From Candidatus Micrarchaeota archaeon (GTDB taxonomy: Archaea; Micrarchaeota; Micrarchaeia; Micrarchaeales; Micrarchaeaceae), in NCBI GenBank assembly GCA_027345565.1, contig DAHWIF010000005.1, forward strand, positions 6,058 to 70,057: a DNA stretch of 64,000 bases, in the 5' to 3' direction. Every line of letters starts with the position of its first letter. Position 1 is the stretch's first letter. The translations under genes were made by a program, and so were the position numbers. Below, in pieces: positions 51,500 through 61,440 of the stretch. The notes under the pieces were generated by a model. The model saw nothing but the letters and a program-made list of their open reading frames with translations. It was not told the DNA's origin and searched no databases.

Positions 51500-52205
51500 C
51501 TTGGCTGATGTCTCCCTCAAGACCGGCATAACGCAGGAGAAGTTGCAGAAGGAGGTAGCTGGCATGGTGGCGCTGCAGGAGTTGGCTGCCCTCTTTGCCA
51601 GCGAACGCCAGAAGGTGGCGCTTTACGGCGGGACCGCGCTTAATAAGATATACTTCGGTAAGGACCAGCGAATATCATATGACTTGGACATAGAGAGCTT
51701 CGCCTTCGAAAGAAGCATCTCGCTCATGCAGAGGGTGTGCGACAGCAAGGTATCCCACATAAAGGCGGCCAGGTTCGTCTACAAAGGCGTCGTGGTAGAC
51801 CTCACAAAGGCCAGGAGAATCGAGGAGCCTTCCTTAAGGAGGGTGGAGAGCTTATTGGGATTCTTCAATTATCCTATGGGATCGCTCCTTGTTCCGTCCT
51901 ACAGCTTGGAGCTGCTCCTTGCAAGGAAGACCACGGCGCTGCTTTCCAGACTAGTGCCAAAGGATGTCTACGACACGTGGATGGGGCTGAAGCTATTGAA
52001 GGGCGAGAAGCTGTACAGATCATACGTTCTTAAAATAGCAAAGGCGGAAAGGATGAACCTGCAATACCTCATAGGGCAGCTAAAGTACTTCTACAAGAGT
52101 GGTGATATGAGGTATGAGCCCGAGAGCATCGACGTGATCAGGACAGTCAACTTCAAGATAATGATCGGTGACGTAATATTAAGGCTTTACAAGATCTTTA
52201 TGTAG
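51489..52205 (+). CDS. AbiEii-family nucleotidyltransferase (type IV TA toxin-like)
   Basis: LYGGTALNKIYFGKDQRISYDLDIE matches the AbiEii/DUF1814 NTase signature. Confidence 0.7.
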   Translation: MPYDLADVSLKTGITQEKLQKEVAGMVALQELAALFASERQKVALYGGTALNKIYFGKDQRISYDLDIESFAFERSISLMQRVCDSKVSHIKAARFVYKGVVVDLTKARRIEEPSLRRVESLLGFFNYPMGSLLVPSYSLELLLARKTTALLSRLVPKDVYDTWMGLKLLKGEKLYRSYVLKIAKAERMNLQYLIGQLKYFYKSGDMRYEPESIDVIRTVNFKIMIGDVILRLYKIFM

Positions 52206-52212
52206 GGATTGT

Positions 52213-53340
52213 ATGAGAATCGCGTTCGTGTCGGATGTCGCTTTCCCGTGGCATGTCGGCGGGGTTGAGCAAACCGAGCGACTTGAGGCAGAGCACCTTG
52301 CAAAGGGCCACGAGGTGCACTTCTTCTCATTCAAGTGGAAGGGGATGAAGCGCGATTTCACGGACAAACGGATCCACTACCACTGCTCGCATTACCTCAC
52401 CGACAAGGAGTTCTACAGGCACAAGCGCAGGTCGATAAGGGAGGGCTTTTACTTCTCGATGGTAGCATGGCGCATATTCTCAAGCAGGTTCGACGTGGTT
52501 CAGGTGAACGCGTTCCCATACCTGCACCTGCCAGTAATGAAACTCTACTGCAGGATTACGGGCGCGAAGCTGATCATGGACGTAGCGGAATACTGGACAA
52601 GGGAAGAGTGGATGGGCTACCTTGGCAGGGCGCTTGGCGGCATAGTCTCGGATTACACGAACTGGATGCTCCGCGGAGCGGACGCCTACATAGCCAACCC
52701 GGGCAAGGCCTACGACGGGCTGGTGTCGATAGGGGTGCCGCGCTCGATCATAGAGCGGTTCACCCCGATACTTGATGACAAAGAGCTATCTACGGTAAGG
52801 GCAAAACAGAGGCGCGGCCTTGTTGTCTACCTTGGCAGGTTGATAAAGGAGAAAAGGTTCGACCTATGGCTGGAGGCCGTGAAGGAGGCCTCCAGCATCG
52901 AGAGCGGCATAAAGGGCATAATAATAGGGGATGGGCCGGAGCGCGCAGCGATACGCCATATGATCCCTGCGCTGGGGCTCAACGCCACAGTCCAGCTGCG
53001 CAGGTTCTACAACGAAAGGAGGGCCGCCCACCGTATACTCAAGAGCGCATCCGTATTCCTCAACATGTCTGAGAGGGAGGGGCTCAGTGCCACAGCCCTC
53101 GAGAGCATAGCGCTCGGTACACCCGTAGTGCTGCCGAGCTATTCGCCGATACCTGATGCTGTCAAGGGGATGTGTACCGTATGCGATAAGGATGATGTGC
53201 CGCGCACGCTTGCAAGGATAGCCAGAGGCAATAAAAGCTCATTCATAAGGAATGCCAAGAATCTTGATGGCTTCAAGGCGTCCTCTATACCATCATTCTA
53301 CAAGAGGCTTTTTGCAAGGCTTGATCTGAAGCCAGTATGA
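52213..53340 (+). CDS. Family 4 (GT-B fold) glycosyltransferase
   Basis: The N-terminus is MRIAFVSDVAFPWHVGGVEQ, and the C-terminal EX7E region is SEREGLSATALESIALGTPVV. Confidence 0.8.
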   Translation: MRIAFVSDVAFPWHVGGVEQTERLEAEHLAKGHEVHFFSFKWKGMKRDFTDKRIHYHCSHYLTDKEFYRHKRRSIREGFYFSMVAWRIFSSRFDVVQVNAFPYLHLPVMKLYCRITGAKLIMDVAEYWTREEWMGYLGRALGGIVSDYTNWMLRGADAYIANPGKAYDGLVSIGVPRSIIERFTPILDDKELSTVRAKQRRGLVVYLGRLIKEKRFDLWLEAVKEASSIESGIKGIIIGDGPERAAIRHMIPALGLNATVQLRRFYNERRAAHRILKSASVFLNMSEREGLSATALESIALGTPVVLPSYSPIPDAVKGMCTVCDKDDVPRTLARIARGNKSSFIRNAKNLDGFKASSIPSFYKRLFARLDLKPV

Positions 53341-53374
53341 TATGCGATGGAATGCAGAAAGCGCAGCACGCCCT

Positions 53375-53425
53375 CTTCCAAAACAGATAAAAAAATAAAA
53401 AGAAAGGGATAGCGCTAGCTATCCC
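53375..53425 (-). terminator. Hairpin plus T-run between convergent genes
   Basis: GGGATAGC-GCTA-GCTATCCC is an 8-bp stem with a tetraloop at 53406-53425. On the minus strand it is followed by TTTCTTTTTATTTTTTTATCTGTTTT. Confidence 0.4.
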
Positions 53426-53447
53426 AAGTTTCTGCACGCCTGAAGGC

Positions 53448-53840
53448 TTACGCCTTCTCGGTCATGCCTACAGCAGAGCCTATGATCGACAGTATGAAGC
53501 CAATCACGACCAGCCACATGAAGCTTGTTCCGGCTGTCATTAGGAGCAAAGCTATTGCCGCTGCCCATGTCAGTTTCGCTGCCGCACCTGCCGCCCTTCC
53601 TCCTCTGCCCGCCAGATTAGCGAAGCTAATCAGGAATACCGCTATCGAAGCCAGTATCGCTATCGGGTAGATGAAAGGCAGCCAAAGGCTCGCTACACCT
53701 GTATTCCACGCGCTCAACGCACTAGAGTACCCTATCGCTCCACTGTTTAGGAGCAAGGCAGCTGTCACCAGGAAGAATATTCCTCCTAGGAACTCTAGGC
53801 CGAAGGCCGCGTATGATGTTCCGCTTTTGCCTCTTGCCAT
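53448..53840 (-). CDS. Small polytopic membrane protein
   Basis: The ATG at 53840 gives MARGKSGTSYAAFGLEFLGGIFFLVTAALLL and about 4 TM helices. A TATA-like TTTAAAAAG lies upstream. The longer ORF starting at 53939 is probably an extension. Confidence 0.55.
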   Translation of the reverse strand: MARGKSGTSYAAFGLEFLGGIFFLVTAALLLNSGAIGYSSALSAWNTGVASLWLPFIYPIAILASIAVFLISFANLAGRGGRAAGAAAKLTWAAAIALLLMTAGTSFMWLVVIGFILSIIGSAVGMTEKA

Positions 53841-53974
53841 ACATTCACCTATATGAATCTCAAAGAGAAGCTTTTTAAATGTAACTGTTTGGGGTGCGAT
53901 GCGACGTAGTTCTTGCTGCCTTCCGCCAAAGCGCTGCACAGCCTAAAGTTATTTATTAGTTGCGTTCCATTATA

Positions 53975-54262
53975 TTGAATTGCCTTGCACACTGTAGTAG
54001 AGGACGCACTTCTTATCGTTTAGGTGAGCCCCTGGTAAAGTCCCCCCTGAGACTGGTAGCCAAGCACGAGATTGTTAGCGATAGCGAGGCTAGGAAGGTC
54101 TCAAAGAGGTTCAAGATAACGCTAGACAAGTTCCCTAAGATACTGAGTACAGACCCGCAGGCTGTCAAGATAGGCGCGAAGCCCGGCCAGCTTGTGGCCA
54201 TACACAGGAGCGACCCGACTGGCGACTACCTGTATTACAGATACGTCGTAGAGAGGATATGA
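53975..54262 (+). CDS. rpoH: RNA polymerase subunit H (Rpo5)
   Basis: VAKHEIVSDSEARKVSKRFKITLDKFPKILSTDPQAVKIGAKPGQLVAIHRSDPTGDYLYYRYVV is present. The start is unresolved: only TTG codons at 53960 and 53975 are in frame upstream of the conserved core. A TATA-like TTATTTATTA lies at about 53950. Confidence 0.8.
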   Translation: MNCLAHCSRGRTSYRLGEPLVKSPLRLVAKHEIVSDSEARKVSKRFKITLDKFPKILSTDPQAVKIGAKPGQLVAIHRSDPTGDYLYYRYVVERI

Positions 54263-55740
54263 GCATGCCGGACAACCACGACCTGCTTGAATCATACCTT
54301 AGCAACACCTCGATAGTGCAGCAGCAGATAGACAGCTACAACCGTTTCGTTAATGTAGGACTGCAGAAGATAGTGGAGAGCCAGTCCAACATAGAGCCAG
54401 AGGTATCGGACTTCGCAATAAAGCTGAACAGCGTGCGCCTCGGTTCGCCCGTCGTGATAGAGTCGGACAGCTCGTCAAAGAGGATACTGCCAAATGAGGC
54501 GCTTGCCAGAAACCTCACGTACAGCGCCCCGATATACCTGACATACACCCCGGTAATAAGCGGGATAGAGAAGAAGATAAACACGTCGGAGGTGTTCATA
54601 GGCGAGCTTCCAGTAATGGTGAAGAGCGACATATGCTACACAAAGGGCATGTCGAAGGAGCAGTTGCTCGCCGAGGGGGAGGATCCTGACGATCCAGGAG
54701 GCTATTTCATAATAAAAGGGAGCGAGCGCGTCCTAGTGGGCATAGAGGACCTTGCGCCAAACAGGATAATCTGCACCAAGGAGAAGAAGGGCGTGGTGAG
54801 CAAGGTCTTCTCAACCACCCTGAATTTCAGGGCGAGGTGCAGCATAACGAGGGACGATTATGGGATATACAAGGTGCTCTTCCCGACCGTCTCGAAGGGC
54901 ATAGACCTGATACTCGTGCTGAAGGCGCTTGGCATGCAGCCAAGCGAGATGCTCAAGGAAGTAGACGACGTCAAGGAGATAGCGAACGACATGCTGCTGA
55001 ATACAGACCTCAGCAAGGCCAAGGAGATAAGCCAGGATGATTGCGTGATGGAGCTGGGCAGGATGTCCGCGCCCAACCAGGCGAGGCCTTACCAGCAGAA
55101 GAGGGCCGAGATGCAGCTCGATACATATATACTGCCGCATATAGGGTCGAAGCCGAAGCACAGGAAGGAGAAGGCCGAATACCTCGTCAGGATGGCCAAG
55201 CGCGCATCGATGGTCGCGTACGGCTACGCCAGGTCAGACGACAAGGACCACTACGCGAACAAGAGGATAAAGCTCGCTGGCGACCTGATGGAGGAGCTGC
55301 TCAGCAACGCCTTCAAGTTCTTCGTTAAGGACATAAAGTACCATGTCGAGAAGACGACAGCCAGGGGCAGGAAGCTCAACGTCAGGACGAACATCAACCC
55401 CGACGCACTCACAGACAAGATACTCTACGCGATGGGCACGGGCTCATGGCCCGCCGGCCAGACCGGAGTGTCGCAGGTGCTGGACAGGACGAACTATCTG
55501 AGCGCGCTAGCGCACCTCAGGCGAGTGAAATCGCCGCTCACCAAGAAGCACCCGCACTTCAAGGCCAGGGACGTGCACGGCACCTATCTCGGGAAGATAT
55601 GCCCGAGCGAGACGCCGGAGGGAACGGAAGTTGGCCTCACGAAAAACCTGGCTATAATGTCGAAGGTGACCGTAGGGGCCGACCAGGCAATGCTTGAAGA
55701 GAAGATAAAGGAGCTGAAGCTCCTGGAGAAGGAACAATAG
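54259..55740 (+). CDS. rpoB2: RNA polymerase subunit B'' (N-terminal part of split Rpo2)
   Basis: QQQIDSYNRFV, GYFIIKGSERV and HPHFKARDVHGTYLGKICPSETPEG are present. The ATG overlaps the rpoH stop (ATGA). Confidence 0.95.
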   Translation: MSMPDNHDLLESYLSNTSIVQQQIDSYNRFVNVGLQKIVESQSNIEPEVSDFAIKLNSVRLGSPVVIESDSSSKRILPNEALARNLTYSAPIYLTYTPVISGIEKKINTSEVFIGELPVMVKSDICYTKGMSKEQLLAEGEDPDDPGGYFIIKGSERVLVGIEDLAPNRIICTKEKKGVVSKVFSTTLNFRARCSITRDDYGIYKVLFPTVSKGIDLILVLKALGMQPSEMLKEVDDVKEIANDMLLNTDLSKAKEISQDDCVMELGRMSAPNQARPYQQKRAEMQLDTYILPHIGSKPKHRKEKAEYLVRMAKRASMVAYGYARSDDKDHYANKRIKLAGDLMEELLSNAFKFFVKDIKYHVEKTTARGRKLNVRTNINPDALTDKILYAMGTGSWPAGQTGVSQVLDRTNYLSALAHLRRVKSPLTKKHPHFKARDVHGTYLGKICPSETPEGTEVGLTKNLAIMSKVTVGADQAMLEEKIKELKLLEKEQ

Positions 55741-55748
55741 ATGATTTG

Positions 55749-57581
55749 ATGGCGAAGAGCGCAGGAACGGAATGCTATGTCTATCTCGACGGCAGGATAA
55801 TAGGCTCCGTAAAGGACGGTTCAGCGTTCGCCAAGGAGATACGCAAGAACAGGCGGGCGGGCCTGATATCTGGGGAAGTGAACGTCGCATACATAAGGAA
55901 GCTCAACGAGGTGCACATAAACGCGGACAGGGGGCGTGCAAGAAAGCCATATATAATAGTGGAGCACGGCAAGAGCAAGTTCACTGACGAACTGAAGCAG
56001 AAGCTCGCCAGCAAGGAGATAGACTTCAACTACATGATAAGAAGGGGCGTGATCGAGTATCTCGACGCGGAAGAGGAGGAGAATGTGCTCGCCGCGCTTG
56101 ATGAGAGCGAGATAACGCCCAAGACGACTCATCTGGAGATAGACCCGGCCTCGATATTCGGGTTGACAGTGAATTCGAGCGTGTTCATGGAGTTCAACAG
56201 CGTAGGGCGGCATTCTATAGCGCTCAACTTCAGCAAGCAGAGCCAGGGGCTTTATGCGATAAACTTCAACAACAGGTACGACCCGAGGGCGTTCCTGCTC
56301 TACTACCCGCAAATCCCGATAGTGAACAGCATCACGTACAGGACGCTGGGCCTCAGCAAGCACCCGAGCGGCCAGAACTTTGTCGTGGCGCTCTCCACGT
56401 ATTACGGCTACAACATGAAGGATGCTGTGGTCCTTAACAAATCGGCTGTCGACAGGGGGCTTGGCAGGAGCATATTCTACAGGACATACGGCGACGAGGA
56501 GAGGCGCTACCCCGGAGGCCAGCAGGACCACCTCAAGATACCTCCGGCAACGACCGACGGGTATCTCGGCGAGCACGCGTATGCTAAGCTTAGCGACGAC
56601 GGCATAGTCGAGGTAGGCACGCAGGTCGACGAGGGAGATGTGCTGATAGGCAAGGTCTCGCCGCCCAGGTTCCTTGAGGAGCAGACGAGCTTCGGGGTCG
56701 GCGAGGAGAAGAGCCGCGACAACTCCGTATCGCTGAGGGCGGGCGAGGAGGGCGTGGTCGACGACGTGATGCTAAGCGAGACCACAGGCGCGACGAAGAT
56801 AGTGAAGGTACGCATACGCAGCGTCAAGATCCCGGAAGTGGGCGACAAGTTCGCATCGCGGCAGGCGCAGAAAGGGGTCGTAGCCCTCATACTCAACCAG
56901 GAGGACATGCCTTTCAGCAAGGACGGCATAGTGCCCGACCTCCTGCTGAATCCGCACAGCCTGCCGGGCAGGATGACGATGGGGCACATGCTGGAGATGC
57001 TCGGAGCAAAAGCGGGGTCTCTTCAGGGTACGTATATCGACGGCACACCCTTCTCCAAGAAGGGAATAGAGAGGATAGAGGAGTACGGCCAGGTGCTCGA
57101 AAGGTACGGCTTCGACAGGTTCGGGGACGAGGAGCTCTACGATGGCAGGAGCGGGAGGAAATTCAACGCGAAGGTGTTCACCGGAGTCGTATACTACAAC
57201 AAGCTGCTCCATATGGTGAGCCTTAAGCTTCAGGTGAGGAGCAGGGGCCCTGTTCAGATACTCACCCACCAGCCAACTGAGGGAAAACCAAGGCGCGGGG
57301 GCCTCAAGTTCGGTGAGATGGAGCGTGACGCCCTCGTCGGCCACGGCGCCAGCCTTTCGCTGAAGGAGCGCATGCTTGATCAGAGCGACAAGGCGGAGAT
57401 ATGGATCTGCAAGAACGACGGCGATGTGGGCTACTACGACTACATAAAGAATGTCCCTGTCTGCCAGCTCTGCAGGGGGAACAACCTAGAACGGGTTGAG
57501 ATAAGCTATGCGTTCAAGCTCCTGCTTGACGAGATAAAATCGATGCACATACTGCCGAGGATGCTGCTAAAGAGTGAATGA
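55749..57581 (+). CDS. rpoB1: RNA polymerase subunit B' (C-terminal part of split Rpo2)
   Basis: GDKFASRQAQKGV, LLNPHSLPGRMTMGH and GGLKFGEMERDALVGHGAS are present, with a C-terminal zinc ribbon C..C..C..C. Confidence 0.95.
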   Translation: MAKSAGTECYVYLDGRIIGSVKDGSAFAKEIRKNRRAGLISGEVNVAYIRKLNEVHINADRGRARKPYIIVEHGKSKFTDELKQKLASKEIDFNYMIRRGVIEYLDAEEEENVLAALDESEITPKTTHLEIDPASIFGLTVNSSVFMEFNSVGRHSIALNFSKQSQGLYAINFNNRYDPRAFLLYYPQIPIVNSITYRTLGLSKHPSGQNFVVALSTYYGYNMKDAVVLNKSAVDRGLGRSIFYRTYGDEERRYPGGQQDHLKIPPATTDGYLGEHAYAKLSDDGIVEVGTQVDEGDVLIGKVSPPRFLEEQTSFGVGEEKSRDNSVSLRAGEEGVVDDVMLSETTGATKIVKVRIRSVKIPEVGDKFASRQAQKGVVALILNQEDMPFSKDGIVPDLLLNPHSLPGRMTMGHMLEMLGAKAGSLQGTYIDGTPFSKKGIERIEEYGQVLERYGFDRFGDEELYDGRSGRKFNAKVFTGVVYYNKLLHMVSLKLQVRSRGPVQILTHQPTEGKPRRGGLKFGEMERDALVGHGASLSLKERMLDQSDKAEIWICKNDGDVGYYDYIKNVPVCQLCRGNNLERVEISYAFKLLLDEIKSMHILPRMLLKSE

Positions 57582-60500
57582 GATGCAAGCGGAAAGCATA
57601 GATGGAGTGAAGTTCACAACGCTCTCGCCAGAGCTGATAAAGCACATGAGCGTGGCAAAGCTCATAGTCTCCGACACGTACAACGAGGACGGCTACCCGA
57701 TCGACGGCGGTGTGGTGGACCAGCGCCTCGGGGTGATAGACCCGGGATTGAAATGCAAGACCTGCGGCGGCAGGGCGAAGTCGTGCCCAGGCCACTTCGG
57801 CCACATAGAGCTCGTAAGGCCGGTGATACACCCAGAGTTCGCTAAGACGATATACCTCCTGCTGCAGAGCACCTGCGAGAAGTGCCACAGGATACTGATG
57901 TCGGAGAGCCAGATAGCCGAGATAAGGCCGGCGATAGAGGAATTCGTGAAGGGGGAGGCTGGCGAAGACACGGAGGTCGAGGCGCCGATAATGAAGGAGC
58001 CGGAGAAGAAGACAGGGCCGATAATGAAGAGGCTGAAGAGCGTCAAGAAGTGCCCGCACTGCGAGGCGCCGCAGAGGAAGATAAAGCTTGAAAGGCCGAC
58101 CTTCTTCTACGTGGAGGGCAACCGCATACGGCCCGACGAGATACGCGACTGGCTCTCAAAGATAAGCAACGATGACCTCTCACTGATGGGCATAGACCCG
58201 ATAGCCACAAGGCCGGAATGGCTGGTGATAACGGCGCTGCTGGTCCCTCCGGTGAATATGAGGCCGTCGATCACCCTCGAATCCGGCGAGAGGAGCGAGG
58301 ACGACCTGACTCACAAGCTGGTCGACATAATGCGCATAAACCAGAGGCTGAGCCAGGACATAGACGCTGGAGCCCCCCAGATAATAATAGACGACCTATG
58401 GGAGCTCCTCCAGTACCAGGTCACCACATATTTCAACAACGAGACGCCTGGCATACCTGTCGCAAGGCACAGGTCAACGAGGCCTCTCAAGACCTTGGCG
58501 CAGAGGCTGAAGGGCAAGGAGGGCCGCCTCAGGTATAATCTCTCTGGCAAGAGGGTGAATTTCTCAGCGAGGACGGTCATATGCTCTGATGCAAGGCTGA
58601 CTGTCAACCAGGTCGGGGTGCCAAGGAGGATAGCCGAGAACCTGACCGTACCGATATACACTACACAGTGGAACATAGAGCTAGTCAGGGACTACCTCAA
58701 GAGGACGGAATATCCGATGGTGCTCAACATCATATCGAAGGACGGAGTAAGGAAGCGCGTCACCGAAGCGAACAGGGAGGAGCTGATCAAGTCGTTAGCT
58801 CCGGGTTTCGTCCTTGAGCGCCAGCTCATAGACGGCGACCTCGCGCTCTTCAACAGGCAGCCCACCCTGCACAGGCTCTCGGTCATGGCGCACGTGGTGA
58901 AGGTGCTGCCGGGGAAGACGCTGAGGCTTAACACGTCGGCAGCCGTTCCGTACAACGCCGACTTCGACGGCGACGAGATGAACCTCCACGTCCAGCAGTC
59001 GATAGAGGCGCAGGCCGAGGCGAGGTACCTCATGCAGCCGAAGGACCTGATACTCTCGCCACGGGATGGCAGGCCGGTTATGTTCACCGAAGAGGACCAG
59101 ATAGCCGGTCTATACCTGCTTACAAGAGACGGCGCTTACTTCACCAAGGAAGAAGCGTCGATAATGCTGTCATCCGTGATGGTCTATGAGATGCCGAAGA
59201 GGGAGAAGAACGGCCTATACAGCGGCAAGGCGATACTCTCGATGATACTGCCGAAGGGCCTGGACTACACCGCCACGTCCAACCTCGGTGAGAAGACGGT
59301 GATAAAGGACGGCGAGCTCGTCACGGGGACGATAAGCGAGAACATAATAGGCATCGGCGGGCCCCTTATCGCCGAGATATTCGAGAAGTACGGCTCTGAT
59401 GCGGCGGCTAAGTTCCTCCACGAAGTATCGAACATAGCGGTGAGGTCGGCATACATGTCGGGCTTGACGATCAGCATACGCGACTACTACGAGACAGAGC
59501 AGATAAGGAAGGAGAAGGCGCGCATAATAAAGGAGGCGGACGATAAGGCCGCCGCGCTCATCGAGAGCTACAGGCAGGGCAAGCTCGAGGTGCTGCCTGG
59601 CTATACGAGAAGGGAAACCCTCGAGCTAGAGCTGAGGGTACAGCTCGACATAGCGAGGGATATAGCCGCAAAGTTCCTCATGAAGACGCTGACCCCGGAG
59701 AACAACGCGTACCTGATGGCGATGATAAAGGCGAAGGGCAATATAGTGTTCTTCGTCATGATCAGCATGCTGCTCGGCCAGCAGGCGGTGAGGGGCCGCA
59801 GGCCTTCAAGAGGCTACAACGGCCGAATACTCACGTATTTCAAGAGAAACGACAAGAGGCCAGAGGCGAGAGGCTTCATAAGGTCGTGCTTCATAGAGGG
59901 GCTGTCGCCGTCCGAGCTCTACATGCACGCGATGGGCGCGAGGGACTCGGCGATGACCAAGTCTCTCATAACGGCCGTGAGCGGCTACATGCAGCGCAGG
60001 CTGATAAACGCGCTGCAGGACCTCTACGTTGCCGATGACGGCAGCGTTAAGGACGCGAGCGGGGCGCTGATAGAGACGATATACGGAGGCGACGGCATAG
60101 ACCCGACGATGCAGATGCTCGCCGCAAGAAAAGGTGACCTGATGGCAGGGAACATGAAGGTAGCGTGCGGAGAGGCGGTAGGGGTGGTGGCTGCGCAGTC
60201 GATAGGCGAGCCGGGGACCCAGATGGTCCTTAGGTCATTCCACTCCGCAGGGATTGCGTCGGTCATAACCACGACCGGGCTGCCGAGGATAATAGAGATC
60301 GTGGATGCGAGGAAGAAGCCGAAGTTCCCGATGATGGAGATACGCCTCACCAAGCCTGTGGCGAAGAGCTATGAGAAGGCGAAAGAGGTATGGAAGAAAA
60401 TAGAGGAGGTCAAGGTCTCTGGGGTAATAGACGGCTTCGAGGAGAACCTCAAGTCCGGCACGATGGTGCTGCACCTCAGCAAGGAGAAGACCGCGCAGCA

Positions 60501-61170
60501 CGACATAACCGGAAGGACGATAGCAAGCAGGCTCTCGAAGCTGGAGGGAGTGAGCGCAGACCAGGACGGCAGTGACGTAAAGGTAAAGGTGAAGGACAAG
60601 GACACGAAGAGCATACGCACCAGGTTCGTCAAGGTGCTCAACTCGGCGATAGCCGGCGTGCCAGGCATACAGAAGGTTGTGATGCAGACCGATGACAACA
60701 ACGAGTTCTATCTCACAACATCGGGGAGCAACATAGAGGGGGTGCTCGGCGTGGAGGGCATCGAGAAGGATGAGGTTTACAGCAACGACATATTCGAGGG
60801 GCTCAGAGTATACGGGATAGAGGCCGCCAGGAACCTCATAGCGAACGAGCTGCAGAAGACGATCAACGAGGAGGGAATAACGGTAGGTTTCAGGCACCTG
60901 GGCCTGGTGGCTGACGCGATGACGCATACCGGAGTAATAAAGAGCGTGGGCAGGCACGGGATAGCCGGAGAGAAGGAGTCGGTATTCGCCAGGGCGGCTT
61001 ACGAGGAGACGGTGAAGCACTTCACCAACGCCAGCGTCTTCGGCGAGACCGATGCGCTCACGGGCGTCGCCGAGAACATACTGATAGGCAAGCAGGTAGG
61101 CGTCGGCACGGGCAGGGTGCACCTAGCGATAAAGAAGGAAGAGCTTAAGAAGATTAAGAGGAAGGATTAG
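57574..61170 (+). CDS. rpoA: RNA polymerase largest subunit, with A' and A'' parts fused in one 1198-aa ORF
   Basis: A' hallmarks: CKTCGG..CPGHFGH, NRQPTLHRLS, and the YNADFDGDEMNLH active site. A'' hallmarks in the same frame: GEAVGVVAAQSIGEPGTQMVLRSFHSAG (trigger loop, from about nt 60169) and GVAENILIGKQVGVGTG. No stop or restart occurs between them. Confidence 0.9.
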   Translation: MNEMQAESIDGVKFTTLSPELIKHMSVAKLIVSDTYNEDGYPIDGGVVDQRLGVIDPGLKCKTCGGRAKSCPGHFGHIELVRPVIHPEFAKTIYLLLQSTCEKCHRILMSESQIAEIRPAIEEFVKGEAGEDTEVEAPIMKEPEKKTGPIMKRLKSVKKCPHCEAPQRKIKLERPTFFYVEGNRIRPDEIRDWLSKISNDDLSLMGIDPIATRPEWLVITALLVPPVNMRPSITLESGERSEDDLTHKLVDIMRINQRLSQDIDAGAPQIIIDDLWELLQYQVTTYFNNETPGIPVARHRSTRPLKTLAQRLKGKEGRLRYNLSGKRVNFSARTVICSDARLTVNQVGVPRRIAENLTVPIYTTQWNIELVRDYLKRTEYPMVLNIISKDGVRKRVTEANREELIKSLAPGFVLERQLIDGDLALFNRQPTLHRLSVMAHVVKVLPGKTLRLNTSAAVPYNADFDGDEMNLHVQQSIEAQAEARYLMQPKDLILSPRDGRPVMFTEEDQIAGLYLLTRDGAYFTKEEASIMLSSVMVYEMPKREKNGLYSGKAILSMILPKGLDYTATSNLGEKTVIKDGELVTGTISENIIGIGGPLIAEIFEKYGSDAAAKFLHEVSNIAVRSAYMSGLTISIRDYYETEQIRKEKARIIKEADDKAAALIESYRQGKLEVLPGYTRRETLELELRVQLDIARDIAAKFLMKTLTPENNAYLMAMIKAKGNIVFFVMISMLLGQQAVRGRRPSRGYNGRILTYFKRNDKRPEARGFIRSCFIEGLSPSELYMHAMGARDSAMTKSLITAVSGYMQRRLINALQDLYVADDGSVKDASGALIETIYGGDGIDPTMQMLAARKGDLMAGNMKVACGEAVGVVAAQSIGEPGTQMVLRSFHSAGIASVITTTGLPRIIEIVDARKKPKFPMMEIRLTKPVAKSYEKAKEVWKKIEEVKVSGVIDGFEENLKSGTMVLHLSKEKTAQHDITGRTIASRLSKLEGVSADQDGSDVKVKVKDKDTKSIRTRFVKVLNSAIAGVPGIQKVVMQTDDNNEFYLTTSGSNIEGVLGVEGIEKDEVYSNDIFEGLRVYGIEAARNLIANELQKTINEEGITVGFRHLGLVADAMTHTGVIKSVGRHGIAGEKESVFARAAYEETVKHFTNASVFGETDALTGVAENILIGKQVGVGTGRVHLAIKKEELKKIKRKD

Positions 61171-61404
61171 GTGGATAGATTGCAGAACGAGAGGCCTTTC
61201 GACCTGCTCAACAGGGTGATAGGCAAGACGGTGCTTGTGCGGCTCAAGGGCAGCCTTAGCATACGCGGCAGGATCACGTCCTTCGATGCGCATATGAACA
61301 TTGTGCTTGAGGAAGCGGAGGAGCTGGACGGCGGAGAGACGAAGGCGAAGCTCGGCACCATACTGCTCAGAGGGGGCAACATAATTTTCGTCTCGCCAGC
61401 ATAG
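61171..61404 (+). CDS. Sm-like archaeal protein (LSm/SmAP)
   Basis: Sm1 is VLVRLKGSLSIRGRITSFDAHMNIVLEEAEE and Sm2 is ILLRGGNIIFVSP. The GTG start lies immediately after the rpoA stop. Confidence 0.85.
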   Translation: MDRLQNERPFDLLNRVIGKTVLVRLKGSLSIRGRITSFDAHMNIVLEEAEELDGGETKAKLGTILLRGGNIIFVSPA

Positions 61405-61440
61405 AATAAATACCTTTAGGATAGAGCCATTGGGGGTCTG

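Noticed and set aside
55821-56576. 251-aa minus-strand ORF, and similar ORFs at 56772-57344, 57514-58059 and 60235-61122
   Set aside because: All are antisense shadows inside the RNA polymerase B' and A genes.
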